From Muribaculaceae bacterium (GTDB lineage Bacteria; Bacteroidota; Bacteroidia; Bacteroidales; Muribaculaceae), in contig JAZNGZ010000062.1 in assembly GCA_045576735.1 (NCBI GenBank), forward strand, positions 1,127 through 65,126: a stretch of DNA of 64,000 nucleotides, written 5' to 3'. Made by a program: the position numbers and the translations under genes. The number at the start of each line of letters is the position of its first letter. Within the stretch, counting starts at the first letter, position 1. The notes beneath the pieces are model-generated. The model did not search any database. It was not told the origin of the DNA and saw only the letters and a program-made list of their open reading frames with translations. Shown piece after piece: positions 35,732-45,337 of this stretch.

Positions 35732-36774
35732 ATAAATAATTTTTTTAATTCTACGATTTTGTTTTCTGTTTCAAGCCATTCATCTTCAAGCGATGATTCT
35801 AAAGTGATTCCTCCTCCCGAATATAAGCAAAATGTATTTGAATCGAAATGAGCACATCTGAGATTTACGTAGGAATAAAAATTACAATCATCTATTGCAA
35901 CATATCCTCCATAGCAGTGGCGAGGATGGTGTTCAACCTTGGATAAAATATCAAGAGAATCCCCTACAGGATAACCAGAAAGTGCTGGGGTTGGCGATAG
36001 TATTTTTACAAGTTCAATAGGTTTATATCCATTAGAGTCAATAATGTTAATGTGATTTCCTAAATGTTCAATTTGACCAAAAGGGATATTGACATATTGT
36101 GAGACTTCAACTTCGCAACCTATTTCATTAAGCGTGTCTACGATGTATTTAGTAACGAAATCGTGTTCTTCAATATTCTTTTTATCCCATTGAAAGTTAT
36201 CAATACTCATTTTCCTTGTGCCGGCAAGAGAAATAGTTCTGTATTTTTGATCGTTACTATCTTTTAAAATTAAAGCTTCGGGAGATGCTCCAATCCATCC
36301 TCCGGTTTGGGGTGTGTAGTAAATATATCTAAAAGTATTTATAAATTTGCTGAAATACGTATTAATTGTGTCACTCCAATCAGTAATGTTGTGAATACCG
36401 CATGTAACTCTAGACAATACAACTTTGCCCATTGAGCGTTCAAGATGCTGTTTAATGAGCTTAAAGCTATTTGTATATGTCGAATATTCAGTAGACTCTT
36501 TAAAAGGACTAATTTGAGGTAATTGTAAAGTTGGAATTTTATTAAAATCAAGATTAATAGTTTCTAATGCATCGCATTCATTGTATATTGCTATGGGGGC
36601 GGAAGTTTTATCTCCAAAAAATCCAATTAAAAAAGCTTTATTATTTTTATTGCTACTAAATGTTGGGTTTGAAAAAAAAGTAATATTGTCATCATTAGGC
36701 AATTGATATGCCGCAAAAGGAATTCCTTTTGCTATACAAAGATTGATTGCGTGGAAAATATTACTAGAAACCAT
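35728..36774 (-). CDS. menF: Isochorismate synthase
   Basis: Chorismate-binding enzyme motifs SLAGTR, SPTPALSG, GGYVA and LYSGGGIT. It overlaps rimO by 1 nt and the SGNH gene by 4 nt. Confidence 0.85.
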   Translation of the reverse strand: MVSSNIFHAINLCIAKGIPFAAYQLPNDDNITFFSNPTFSSNKNNKAFLIGFFGDKTSAPIAIYNECDALETINLDFNKIPTLQLPQISPFKESTEYSTYTNSFKLIKQHLERSMGKVVLSRVTCGIHNITDWSDTINTYFSKFINTFRYIYYTPQTGGWIGASPEALILKDSNDQKYRTISLAGTRKMSIDNFQWDKKNIEEHDFVTKYIVDTLNEIGCEVEVSQYVNIPFGQIEHLGNHINIIDSNGYKPIELVKILSPTPALSGYPVGDSLDILSKVEHHPRHCYGGYVAIDDCNFYSYVNLRCAHFDSNTFCLYSGGGITLESSLEDEWLETENKIVELKKLFI

Positions 36775-38072
36775 TATAGCACTAATTCAGCAATTAAATC
36801 AAATGCTAACGCATCTGTAATTTTTACATTATAAAAACTGCCTATCTCTAATTTGAAATTTTTATTTATTAATACCTCTTGATCGACTTCAGGAGAGTCG
36901 AATTCGGTTCTTCCAATATAATATTCATCTTCTTCTGAATCGATTATAACTTTATATGTATTGCCTATTTTTGAAAGATTAATTTCATTAGATATGTTTT
37001 CTTGGAGAGACATTAATTTGTTTAATCTATGATTCTTTGTTTCTTGCGCAATGTTATCGACATAATTATTTGCAGCATATGTTCCTTCTTCTTCGCAATA
37101 AGCAAAAGCCCCCATGCGCTCAAAGCGCATTTGTTTGGTAAAATTTAACAAATCGTTGAATTCAGTATCATTTTCACCGGGAAAACCAACCATTAACGTA
37201 GTTCTCAAATGTATCCCTGGAACTTTCTCTCGGATATGATTTATTAAGTTGATAGTCTCTTTATGAGTAATGTGCCTTTTCATATTGGCTAAAATATTGT
37301 CAGTTGAATGTTGTAAGGCCAAATCTAAATATTTGCACACATTATCATGTTTATTTATTACGTCAAGAATTTCAATAGGAAACTGAGTGGGATAAGCATA
37401 ATGTAATCTTATCCACATAACACCTTCAATTTGGGCAATTTGATCTATTAATTGAGGTAATTTTTGTTCGCCATACAAATCAATTCCATAATAAGACAAG
37501 TCTTGCGCAATAATATTAAACTCTTTAACCCCTTGTGAAACCAAAGACTTCACTTCCTTAACAATGCTTTCGATTGATCGTGATTTATATCTACCGGTAA
37601 TTAGGGGTATCGCACAGAATGCACAGAATCTATTACACCCTTCAGCAATTTTTACATATGCATAGTGAGGTGGAGTCGTTACTGCTCGTTCGTAATCAGA
37701 ATGGTTATATGTGTTAGACGATATTTTAGAGACTATTTCTTCCCAATCAAATTTGCCATACCATTGATCAACCTCAGGAATTTCGACCGACAATTCCTCT
37801 CTATATCTTTGAGACAAGCATCCCATTACATATAGTTGTGAGAATAGTCCATTTTGCTTTGCTGCAACATATTCGAGTATTGTATTTATTGACTCTTCTT
37901 TAGCGTCGCCAATGAACCCACATGTGTTAATTATAATAATATCTCCTGATATTTCTTGTGGATTATGAGATACTGAATAGCCTATGTTTTCAAACATTTT
38001 AATGATTCTCTCTGAATCAACAAGATTCTTAGAGCAACCAAGTGTTATTAAATCAATTTTTTGTTTTTTCAT
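36774..38072 (-). CDS. rimO: Ribosomal protein S12 methylthiotransferase
   Basis: MKKQKIDLITLGCSKN N-terminus, radical-SAM CNRFCAFC and a TRAM C-terminus. The ATG at 38072 is preferred over the upstream TTG at 38102, which would overlap ftsY. Confidence 0.9.
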   Translation of the reverse strand: MKKQKIDLITLGCSKNLVDSERIIKMFENIGYSVSHNPQEISGDIIIINTCGFIGDAKEESINTILEYVAAKQNGLFSQLYVMGCLSQRYREELSVEIPEVDQWYGKFDWEEIVSKISSNTYNHSDYERAVTTPPHYAYVKIAEGCNRFCAFCAIPLITGRYKSRSIESIVKEVKSLVSQGVKEFNIIAQDLSYYGIDLYGEQKLPQLIDQIAQIEGVMWIRLHYAYPTQFPIEILDVINKHDNVCKYLDLALQHSTDNILANMKRHITHKETINLINHIREKVPGIHLRTTLMVGFPGENDTEFNDLLNFTKQMRFERMGAFAYCEEEGTYAANNYVDNIAQETKNHRLNKLMSLQENISNEINLSKIGNTYKVIIDSEEDEYYIGRTEFDSPEVDQEVLINKNFKLEIGSFYNVKITDALAFDLIAELVL

Positions 38073-38076
38073 TGAT

Positions 38077-39045
38077 TTATTCTCCAAACAATGATTTAAC
38101 AAATTCTACTTTATTAAATACTTGTAAATCATCGATTCCTTCTCCAAGTCCAATATATTTAACAGGAATCTTAAATTGATCACTGATTCCAATAACAACA
38201 CCACCTTTAGCAGTTCCATCTAGTTTGGTTATAGCTAATTCGTTGACATTTGTTGCTGCTACGAATTGACGCGCTTGTTCAAATGCATTTTGTCCGGTTG
38301 AACCATCTAATACTAGTAGAACTTCATGAGGAGCATCAGGAACAATCTTTTGCATGACATTGCGTATTTTCGTCAGTTCATCCATTAATCCTTTTTTGTT
38401 GTGTAAACGACCTGCAGTATCAATAATTACAACGTCTACATTATTTGCTTTTGCCGATGATAAGGTGTCGTAAGCAACAGCTGCAGGGTCAGAACCTAGT
38501 TTTTGTTTAATAACAGGGACTCCTGCTCTTTCGCCCCAAATGTCTAATTGTTCAACAGCCGCTGCTCTAAACGTATCAGCAGCACCTAGCATCACTTTAT
38601 GTCCGGCGCGCTTATATTGAGATGCTAATTTTCCGATAGTAGTTGTTTTCCCAACTCCATTTACCCCAACAACCATAATAACATGAGGTCTGTTCCCTTC
38701 GGGTAATGCAAAATCATCGAGGTTATTGTCATTATTACTTTCAGTGAGAAGATCTGTAATTTCTTCACATAAAAGAGTATTTAATTCTGATGAATTAACA
38801 TACTTATCTCTCGCTACTCGTTTTTCAATGCGGTCAATTATTTTTAATGTTGTTTCAACTCCAACATCCGATGTTATAAACACCTCTTCCAACTTGTCGA
38901 GTACTTCATCGTCAACTTTAGATTTGCCAGCTATTGCACGTGTTAATTTTGCAAAAACACCTTGCTTTGTGCGTTCAAGACCTTTGTCTAATGTCTCTTT
39001 TTTTTCTTTTGAGAAAAAATTTGTTATTTTTTTGAAAAATCCCAT
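38077..39045 (-). CDS. ftsY: Signal recognition particle receptor FtsY
   Basis: NG domain motifs GVNGVGKTTTIGKLA, DTAGRLH and TKLDGTAKGG. Confidence 0.93.
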   Translation of the reverse strand: MGFFKKITNFFSKEKKETLDKGLERTKQGVFAKLTRAIAGKSKVDDEVLDKLEEVFITSDVGVETTLKIIDRIEKRVARDKYVNSSELNTLLCEEITDLLTESNNDNNLDDFALPEGNRPHVIMVVGVNGVGKTTTIGKLASQYKRAGHKVMLGAADTFRAAAVEQLDIWGERAGVPVIKQKLGSDPAAVAYDTLSSAKANNVDVVIIDTAGRLHNKKGLMDELTKIRNVMQKIVPDAPHEVLLVLDGSTGQNAFEQARQFVAATNVNELAITKLDGTAKGGVVIGISDQFKIPVKYIGLGEGIDDLQVFNKVEFVKSLFGE

Positions 39046-39064
39046 ATTCGTAAATTTTAAACTA

Positions 39065-39072
39065 CAAAGATA
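39065..39072 (-). promoter_or_regulatory. -7 box TAtcTTTG upstream of ftsY (head of the ftsY-to-menE array)
   Basis: Forward-strand caaagata lies 20 nt upstream of the ftsY ATG at 39045. Confidence 0.45.
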
Positions 39073-39218
39073 CGAATTTATAATTACATATCAATCGTTG
39101 AATTTACAAAATCGGCTTTAAAATGTTAATTTAGGTGTGTTTTTGAAATATTAATTCGTGTTTTATCAAATTAATAAGTGTTTGTATCGATGTTTACTTT
39201 GTGAAACTGGTGAAGTAA

Positions 39219-39938
39219 TTATTCTAATTTATATTTATTTTGATGTTTTTTTTGGGGTTTAATATTACTTAGTCCGGCAACAACTATTACGATTTCTCCC
39301 TTTGGCTGGTGCTCCGAAAAATACTCAGCAAGTTGTTTTAATGTGCCTCGGTGAGTAGTGTCGTGTAATTTTGAAATCTCTCTTGAAACAGATGCTTCAC
39401 GGTCTTCACCGCATGTAGCAGCTAATTCTTTCAATGTCTTTGAAAGTCGAAGTGGTGATTCGTAGATTATGAATGTACGTTGTTCGGCTGCTAATTCATT
39501 TAATCGAGTAGCCCTACCTTTTTTCTGAGGAAGAAAACCTTCAAAACAAAAACGTTCACATGGCAAGCCTGAATTGACTAACGCTGGGACAAAGGCAGTT
39601 GGTCCAGGTAACGTTTCAATGTCAATGTTTTTGCGTCTACATTCGCGAGAGATGAGGAAGCCTGGGTCTGATATTGCTGGTGTACCGGCATCAGATATAA
39701 GAGCAATTTGTTCTCCTGAAGTCAATCTATTAATTATTGTAGTTAAAGCTGCGTGTTCATTGAACTTATGAAAACTTATCATTGGAGTTGTAATGCCAAA
39801 GTGCTTCATGATAAGCGCACTTGTGCGAGTATCTTCAGCTAGTATTAATGAGCATTTGTTTAAAACATCTATAGCCCTTGGGGTCATATCGGAAAGATTC
39901 CCGACAGGAGTAGGAACAACGAATAATTTGCCTGACAT
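39219..39938 (-). CDS. rsmI: 16S rRNA (cytidine1402-2'-O)-methyltransferase
   Basis: Tetrapyrrole-methylase-fold N-terminus LFVVPTPVGNLSDMTPRAIDVL, plus AEDTR and SDAGTPAISDPG. Confidence 0.9.
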   Translation of the reverse strand: MSGKLFVVPTPVGNLSDMTPRAIDVLNKCSLILAEDTRTSALIMKHFGITTPMISFHKFNEHAALTTIINRLTSGEQIALISDAGTPAISDPGFLISRECRRKNIDIETLPGPTAFVPALVNSGLPCERFCFEGFLPQKKGRATRLNELAAEQRTFIIYESPLRLSKTLKELAATCGEDREASVSREISKLHDTTHRGTLKQLAEYFSEHQPKGEIVIVVAGLSNIKPQKKHQNKYKLE

Positions 39939-39951
39939 GATGCTTCTAACT

Positions 39952-41307
39952 TTAAAATGTTTTAAGTAGCATTCTCTCTATAGCCGATCTTAAGTCGCTT
40001 CTTTGGCAGAAGAAGTGATTAATCATTATAACCACAACGTGAGTGGGATTTGAGTTTTCATCTAGTTTATATCCTGCATAGCACTGAACCCCATTCATAC
40101 TGCCTGTTTTCATCGCAAGTTTCCCTTCGAGTCTAGTCCCCTTTAGAAAACTTTTTAATGTGCCATTTTTGCCCGACCGAGGAAAGCAACTTATATATTG
40201 ATCTTTATATTTACTATTATACATCCATTTTAGCATATTTGCCATGAAAATCGGAGACAGACGATTTGTGCGAGCCAATCCGCTTCCATCTCTAATTGTA
40301 ATAAAAGATGTGTTAATACCTCTCCTATTCCACAATGAAAGTTCTGAACTGATTGCATTTTTTAATGACATTCCTTTGCACGTTGCTCTTAATATCGACT
40401 CTGCAAATAAGTTGTCGCTTCTAACCATTAAACTTTTTAAAATGTCGATTAGTAATGGCGATTTATGGGTATATATAAGAGTTTTTTTGAATTTGTCGGC
40501 ACCTTCTATTTCTGCATTATCAATTCTAATGCCTTTTTTATTGAGTAATAATGTTAGCTCGTCGACAAAGACGTCTTGTGGAAATGGCATTGAACAAGTG
40601 TTAGAATAGCCTTTTTTCCCAACATTACCAACAATAAATAATTCATTTGAATTAAATGGGCGCATTAAGTCAATGCTACTACTACCATGTGTAGGTAATT
40701 TGGTTACTGTTAAATCATTGACGTTTGGGGTTGTTTTAACACTAGAGCCTACGTATAGATTGAATATATTATCCTTGTAGTTAAATGCATGTAGCCCTGT
40801 CCCATAATCCCATGCAATATCTTCAAGTTCCCAATTCGGATTTACAGCACAATCATTATTGAAGTCTCTAGATTTCACACGGCATTTCCCTTCAATAGCC
40901 GTAATGCCTAATCCTTTAATTTTGCTAACAATTGAATCGCAGAAACCTTTATTTTCGGGAAAGTGGCTTGATTCTAATGTTGCATCACCTACTCCATATA
41001 CTACAATGTCACCATATAATATATTATTACTTATTTCACCGGTAATGTATACCGGTGTTTCAAATCTGAAATCTTCGGGTAGTGTCGTTAGTGCTGTAGC
41101 CGTTGTAAATGACTTTGTGACACTTGCAGGAGTGTAGACCCGCTTACTTTGGAAATCAAGAAGTACTTCACCGGTTTCTATGTTTTGTATATATACACCC
41201 ATAGCCATTGCGTCCTTTCCAACTACGTTTATTGGACACTCAGCAAATGATATTATTGAACAAAAAACTGTAAAAAAAATAGAATATAATAGTCGTTTTT
41301 TAATCAT
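39952..41307 (-). CDS. dacB: D-alanyl-D-alanine carboxypeptidase/endopeptidase, PBP4 (peptidase S13) family
   Basis: Signal peptide, SxxK in ASVTKSFT, SDN in VRSDNLFAE and KTG in AMKTGSM. Confidence 0.85.
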   Translation of the reverse strand: MIKKRLLYSIFFTVFCSIISFAECPINVVGKDAMAMGVYIQNIETGEVLLDFQSKRVYTPASVTKSFTTATALTTLPEDFRFETPVYITGEISNNILYGDIVVYGVGDATLESSHFPENKGFCDSIVSKIKGLGITAIEGKCRVKSRDFNNDCAVNPNWELEDIAWDYGTGLHAFNYKDNIFNLYVGSSVKTTPNVNDLTVTKLPTHGSSSIDLMRPFNSNELFIVGNVGKKGYSNTCSMPFPQDVFVDELTLLLNKKGIRIDNAEIEGADKFKKTLIYTHKSPLLIDILKSLMVRSDNLFAESILRATCKGMSLKNAISSELSLWNRRGINTSFITIRDGSGLARTNRLSPIFMANMLKWMYNSKYKDQYISCFPRSGKNGTLKSFLKGTRLEGKLAMKTGSMNGVQCYAGYKLDENSNPTHVVVIMINHFFCQRSDLRSAIERMLLKTF

Positions 41308-41423
41308 GATGTCAGAAATTTTTTACGAAGTTATGAAATAATTTGTAAATTATACAACTTTAATTGTAGTAATTGTCAAAATTTCCGATTTTATGTTTAA
41401 AATATCAGATAAAATTACTAAAT

Positions 41424-41450
41424 TTGCACATTGAATTTAATTTTGTGCAA
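41424..41450. promoter_or_regulatory. Inverted repeat TTGCACA-N13-TGTGCAA, candidate TetR operator
   Basis: Perfect 7-bp arms at 41424-41430 and 41444-41450. The repeat overlaps the TAaaTTTG -7 box (41419-41426) and ends 3 nt before the tetR ATG. Confidence 0.55.
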
Positions 41451-41453
41451 TTA

Positions 41454-42041
41454 ATGGTATTAAAAACTCGCGAAAAATTAATAGAAGTAGCTCGTCAATT
41501 GTTTGCCCATAAAGGCATTGAAAATACTACGATGAACGACATTGCTAATGCTTCTGATAAAGGACGTCGCACTATATATACATATTTCAAAAATAAAAAA
41601 GAAATTTATAATGCAGTCATCGAGCGAGAAAGTGAACAATCAGTTTCTCGATTAAGAGAGATTGTTGGTTTAAATATCTCGCCGGCAGAAAAGGTTCGCC
41701 GTTTTTTTGAGGTTAGATTAGAATTAGTTAAAGACACCACAATAGTACAAAATGACCCATTGAAACGTTTTTTTATGCGTGACATTAAACGTGTTGAAAA
41801 AATACGTAAATTGGCATTAGAAAAAGAACGTATCCTATTAAATGAAATACTTAAGGAAGGTGTTGAATTAGGTGTATTTGATGAGAATCAATGCATTTAT
41901 TTAGAAACAATAAGATTAATGCTTTTACAAGGCATTGAATTCTCTTATTTAAGAGATAACTTCATTGAAATAGGTGTAGATGAAACAAAATTTACTACTG
42001 ATATTATACAGTTTATAATAAATGCATTAAAACGTAATTAA
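41454..42041 (+). CDS. TetR/AcrR family transcriptional regulator
   Basis: N-terminal HTH TTMNDIANASDKGRRTIYTYF. The ATG at 41454 is preferred, because the ORF-track TTG at 41373 lies upstream of the promoter and operator. Confidence 0.85.
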   Translation: MVLKTREKLIEVARQLFAHKGIENTTMNDIANASDKGRRTIYTYFKNKKEIYNAVIERESEQSVSRLREIVGLNISPAEKVRRFFEVRLELVKDTTIVQNDPLKRFFMRDIKRVEKIRKLALEKERILLNEILKEGVELGVFDENQCIYLETIRLMLLQGIEFSYLRDNFIEIGVDETKFTTDIIQFIINALKRN

Positions 42042-42047
42042 GGATAT

Positions 42048-42992
42048 ATGTACATTAATTCAACAGGTTTTTATATTCCCGAAGAGAGAGTTTCAAATAG
42101 CTATTTTTTTAATGTAAATGGTTTAACTGATGAGTGGATTTTAAAAAGAACGGGAATTTCAACACGTTCTAAAGCTGGCGAAAATGAGGGCCATAACTCG
42201 ATGGGGTTGGCTGCAATAGAAAATGCCATAAAAAATCTACCATATGATATTAAAGATATAGATTTAATTGTTTCGGCATCATATTCTCCATATGACACTG
42301 TTGCAACTTTGGCACATATTGCTCAGCAAAAATATAACATTGATGATATGAAGGCAGTATATGCATCATCTGCATGTTCTTCTTTTGTTAATGGCCTTGA
42401 AATTGTTGAAGGTTATTTTGCTATGGGTAAAGCTCAAAAAGCATTATTAGTGTGTTCGGAACATAATTCATATTATAGTAATGAATCAGACCCTAAATGT
42501 GGACATTTGTGGGGAGATGGAGCTGTCGCCTTCTTTTTATCGGCTAATAAAATAAACGATAACGACCCTGAAATTTCTCAAATTTATACTCGCGGATTGG
42601 GAAATATCGGGAAAGGACCTGAAGGGGTTAGATTGAGACCTAAAGAAGGTGGCATTGAAATGCCTGATGGACGAGATGTATTTATTAATGCATGTGGTTA
42701 TATGATTCAAGCATTAGAAGGAGTAACAACTCCTGAAGCGATGAAAGTTACTGATTTGGATTATATAATTTGTCATCAAGCTAATAAACGTATTGTTGCA
42801 AATGTTGCACATCAATTAGAGTTGGATGATGAACGTTTTGTTAACAACATAGAAGAATTAGGTAATACTGGTTCGGCTAGTTCAGCAATAGTTTTTGCAC
42901 AGAATAGACAAAAATTTAAGAAAGGTGAAAAAATAGGACTTACCGTATTTGGTGGAGGATATTCATGTGGAGCCTTTTTAATTAAAATATAA
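42048..42992 (+). CDS. 3-Oxoacyl-ACP synthase III (KAS III / FabH family)
   Basis: Catalytic contexts are Cys in SSACSSF, His in ICHQANKRI and Asn in LGNTGSASS. Length is 314 aa. Confidence 0.85.
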   Translation: MYINSTGFYIPEERVSNSYFFNVNGLTDEWILKRTGISTRSKAGENEGHNSMGLAAIENAIKNLPYDIKDIDLIVSASYSPYDTVATLAHIAQQKYNIDDMKAVYASSACSSFVNGLEIVEGYFAMGKAQKALLVCSEHNSYYSNESDPKCGHLWGDGAVAFFLSANKINDNDPEISQIYTRGLGNIGKGPEGVRLRPKEGGIEMPDGRDVFINACGYMIQALEGVTTPEAMKVTDLDYIICHQANKRIVANVAHQLELDDERFVNNIEELGNTGSASSAIVFAQNRQKFKKGEKIGLTVFGGGYSCGAFLIKI

Positions 42993-43005
42993 ATAAGAAT
43001 TTGTT

Positions 43006-43752
43006 ATGAAATTATTAGAAGGAAAGACTGCCCTTATTACAGGTGCAGCACGTGGTATCGGAAAAGCTCTTGCGATTAAATTTGCTCAAGAAGGGGCTAA
43101 TGTTGCATTTACCGACCTTGTCATTGATGAAAATGGGAAAGAAACTGAAAAAGAAATCGCTGCATATGGAGTGAAAGCAAAAGGATATGCTTCTAATGCG
43201 GCTGATTTTGCCCAAACAAAAGAAGTAGTGGCTGAAATCCATAAAGAGTTTGGATCTATTGACATCCTTGTGAATAACGCAGGTATCACAAAAGATGGAT
43301 TAATGATGCGAATGACTGAACAACAATGGGATGCAGTAATTGCTGTTAATCTTAAGAGTGCCTTTAATTTCATTAATGCTAGTTTGCCTATTATGATGCG
43401 TCAACGTTCGGGCAGTATCATTAATATGGCGTCAGTTGTAGGTGTTCATGGTAATGCTGGTCAAGCTAACTATGCAGCATCAAAAGCCGGTCTTATTGCT
43501 TTAGCAAAAAGTATTGCACAAGAAGTAGGTTCTCGAGGTATTCGCGCTAATGCTATTGCCCCAGGGTTTATTGAAACTGCTATGACTGCAGCGCTTCCTG
43601 AAGAAGTTCGTCAAGAATGGGCAAAGAAAATTCCATTGCGCCGAGGTGGACAAGTTGAAGATATTGCTAATGTTGCAACCTTCTTGGCTTCTGACATGTC
43701 AAGCTATGTTACAGGACAAGTTATTCAAGTCGATGGTGGTATGAATATGTAA
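43006..43752 (+). CDS. fabG: 3-Oxoacyl-ACP reductase
   Basis: SDR motifs TGAARGIGKA, NNAGIT and YAASKAG. Length is 248 aa. Confidence 0.9.
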   Translation: MKLLEGKTALITGAARGIGKALAIKFAQEGANVAFTDLVIDENGKETEKEIAAYGVKAKGYASNAADFAQTKEVVAEIHKEFGSIDILVNNAGITKDGLMMRMTEQQWDAVIAVNLKSAFNFINASLPIMMRQRSGSIINMASVVGVHGNAGQANYAASKAGLIALAKSIAQEVGSRGIRANAIAPGFIETAMTAALPEEVRQEWAKKIPLRRGGQVEDIANVATFLASDMSSYVTGQVIQVDGGMNM

Positions 43753-43775
43753 TTATATTCTTATTATACGATAAT

Positions 43776-43806
43776 ATGGCGAGAGGTTATTTTAGCCTCT
43801 CGCCAT
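43776..43806 (+). terminator. Hairpin after fabG
   Basis: ATGGCGAGAGG (43776-43786) pairs with CCTCTCGCCAT (43796-43806). The downstream T-tract is weak (TGTT). Confidence 0.55.
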
Positions 43807-43844
43807 TGTTATAACGCAATAAGGAAATAAATTAAACTCAAAAT

Positions 43845-43875
43845 TTTGTTATTAGCTATATTTGGCTTAACTTTG
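43845..43875 (+). promoter_or_regulatory. Promoter for DUF4290-rimM (-33 TTTG, 19-nt spacer, -7 TAacTTTG)
   Basis: TTTG at 43845-43848 and TAACTTTG at 43868-43875, with the ATG at 43893. Confidence 0.6.
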
Positions 43876-43892
43876 AAGTCAAAAATATAAAT

Positions 43893-44483
43893 ATGTTGAC
43901 ATATAATACTCAACTAAAGAAATTAATTTTGCCTGAATATGGTAGAAATATTCAGCAAATGGTAGATCATTGTTTAACTATCGAAGATCGAGAAGAGCGA
44001 ACAAAATGTGCTTATTCGATAATTCATATTATGGGAAATCTTTTCCCAAATCTTAGAGATGTAGAAGATTTTAGACATAAATTGTGGGATCATTTAGCTA
44101 TAATGTCTGATTTTAAGTTAGACATAGATTATCCATATGAGGTAATTAGTCAATCAAATCTCAATAAGACTCCTGAAAGGATGGATTATCAAAATCAGCC
44201 GATAAAACTTCGTCATTATGGGAAATATATTGAGCAGATGATAGAAAAAGTTGCGACATTGGAGGAAGGTGAAGAGAGAGATGTATTAATCTCTTTAATT
44301 GCCAATCACATGAAAAAGATAATGTTCTCAGTCAATAAAGATGGTGTTGAAGATGAGAAAATTTACAAAGATTTGTTTGAGTATTCAAAAGGTAAAATCA
44401 ATTTAGATTCTTCGAATTATCATTTGCATGAATTTAAAGAGGCGCCCAATCAAAATTCTAACAAAAAGAAAAAGAAAAAATAA
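43893..44483 (+). CDS. DUF4290 domain-containing protein with a C-terminal poly-lysine tail
   Basis: N-terminal YNTQLKKLILPEYGRNIQQMVDHC matches my recollection of the Bacteroidetes DUF4290 family. The protein ends NKKKKKK. Confidence 0.65.
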   Translation: MLTYNTQLKKLILPEYGRNIQQMVDHCLTIEDREERTKCAYSIIHIMGNLFPNLRDVEDFRHKLWDHLAIMSDFKLDIDYPYEVISQSNLNKTPERMDYQNQPIKLRHYGKYIEQMIEKVATLEEGEERDVLISLIANHMKKIMFSVNKDGVEDEKIYKDLFEYSKGKINLDSSNYHLHEFKEAPNQNSNKKKKKK

Positions 44484-44504
44484 GGAAATAAATTAATATA
44501 TTTA

Positions 44505-45032
44505 ATGATTAAACACGAGCAATTAATAAAAATAGGTCAAACTGTAAAGCCTCATGGAATATACGGAGAAATTACTTTAGTCACTGACTTCGATATTGCC
44601 GAAATTGTCTTTTCTTGTTTTGTGTTTGAACTTGATGGTATATTTGTCCCATTCTTTGCCGAGTCAATCAGAAATAAAAAATCTAATACTTTTTTAATAA
44701 AGTTTGAAGGATTGCAATCGGAGGTAGAAGTTAGTGATTTGTCAAACATGGATGTTTATGTTTTAAAGTCTGAGTTTGATGAAAATATTGAGTTAGACAA
44801 TGATGGTATGTATGCCGAAGATTTTATTGGATACAATATTATTGTGGGAGATAACGTTTTAATAGGGGCGATTGTTGATTTTGATGATACTACCGACAAT
44901 GCTCTTTTTATTGTCAAAAATCAAAATGATACGGAATTTTTTATTCCCATTGCTGATGATTTTATAGTTGATATTGATATAGACAATAAAATAATGACAA
45001 TGAATTTACCCGAAGGGTTGTTGGACCTATAA
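44505..45032 (+). CDS. rimM: 16S rRNA processing protein RimM
   Basis: IGQTVKPHGIYGEI N-terminal beta-barrel motif and a PRC-barrel-like C-terminus. Length is 175 aa. Confidence 0.85.
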   Translation: MIKHEQLIKIGQTVKPHGIYGEITLVTDFDIAEIVFSCFVFELDGIFVPFFAESIRNKKSNTFLIKFEGLQSEVEVSDLSNMDVYVLKSEFDENIELDNDGMYAEDFIGYNIIVGDNVLIGAIVDFDDTTDNALFIVKNQNDTEFFIPIADDFIVDIDIDNKIMTMNLPEGLLDL

Positions 45033-45034
45033 CT

Positions 45035-45337
45035 ATGGTATATAACGAAAGTCACGCAATAGTGCATATATCACAGATAGTTGGAGAACATATAACCAAA
45101 GATCAAATTTTAAATGTGATTGATGTTATATGGGATTATTATGAAAATAATGGTCTGCTTGATATTTCGTTTGACGATGTTGATGATTTTGTTGATGATG
45201 AGGTGGATTCTAATGAATTAATCAAATATGTTTCAAATATTATCTATAGCGAATTTGAAATGGAACTAACATTTGAAGATATAAAAAAAATTGTATTGGC
45301 TGAATTAGATTATGAAAAAACACTTGACATTTTATAA
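45035..45337 (+). CDS. Hypothetical acidic protein (100 aa)
   Basis: ATG-started ORF 2 nt after rimM. It is rich in D/E and I recognise no family. Confidence 0.45.
   Translation: MVYNESHAIVHISQIVGEHITKDQILNVIDVIWDYYENNGLLDISFDDVDDFVDDEVDSNELIKYVSNIIYSEFEMELTFEDIKKIVLAELDYEKTLDIL

Noticed and set aside
38726-39121. Long antisense ORFs inside confirmed genes: 38726-39121 +, 4578-4934 -, 6621-7106 +, 40244-40609 +, 55869-56225 - and 63339-63719 -
   Set aside because: Each lies entirely or almost entirely antisense to a gene with strong family motifs (ftsY, acyltransferase, ybbR-like, PBP4, batB, uvrB). They have low-complexity or hydrophobic junk composition and no promoter boxes. They are typical of AT-rich genomes.
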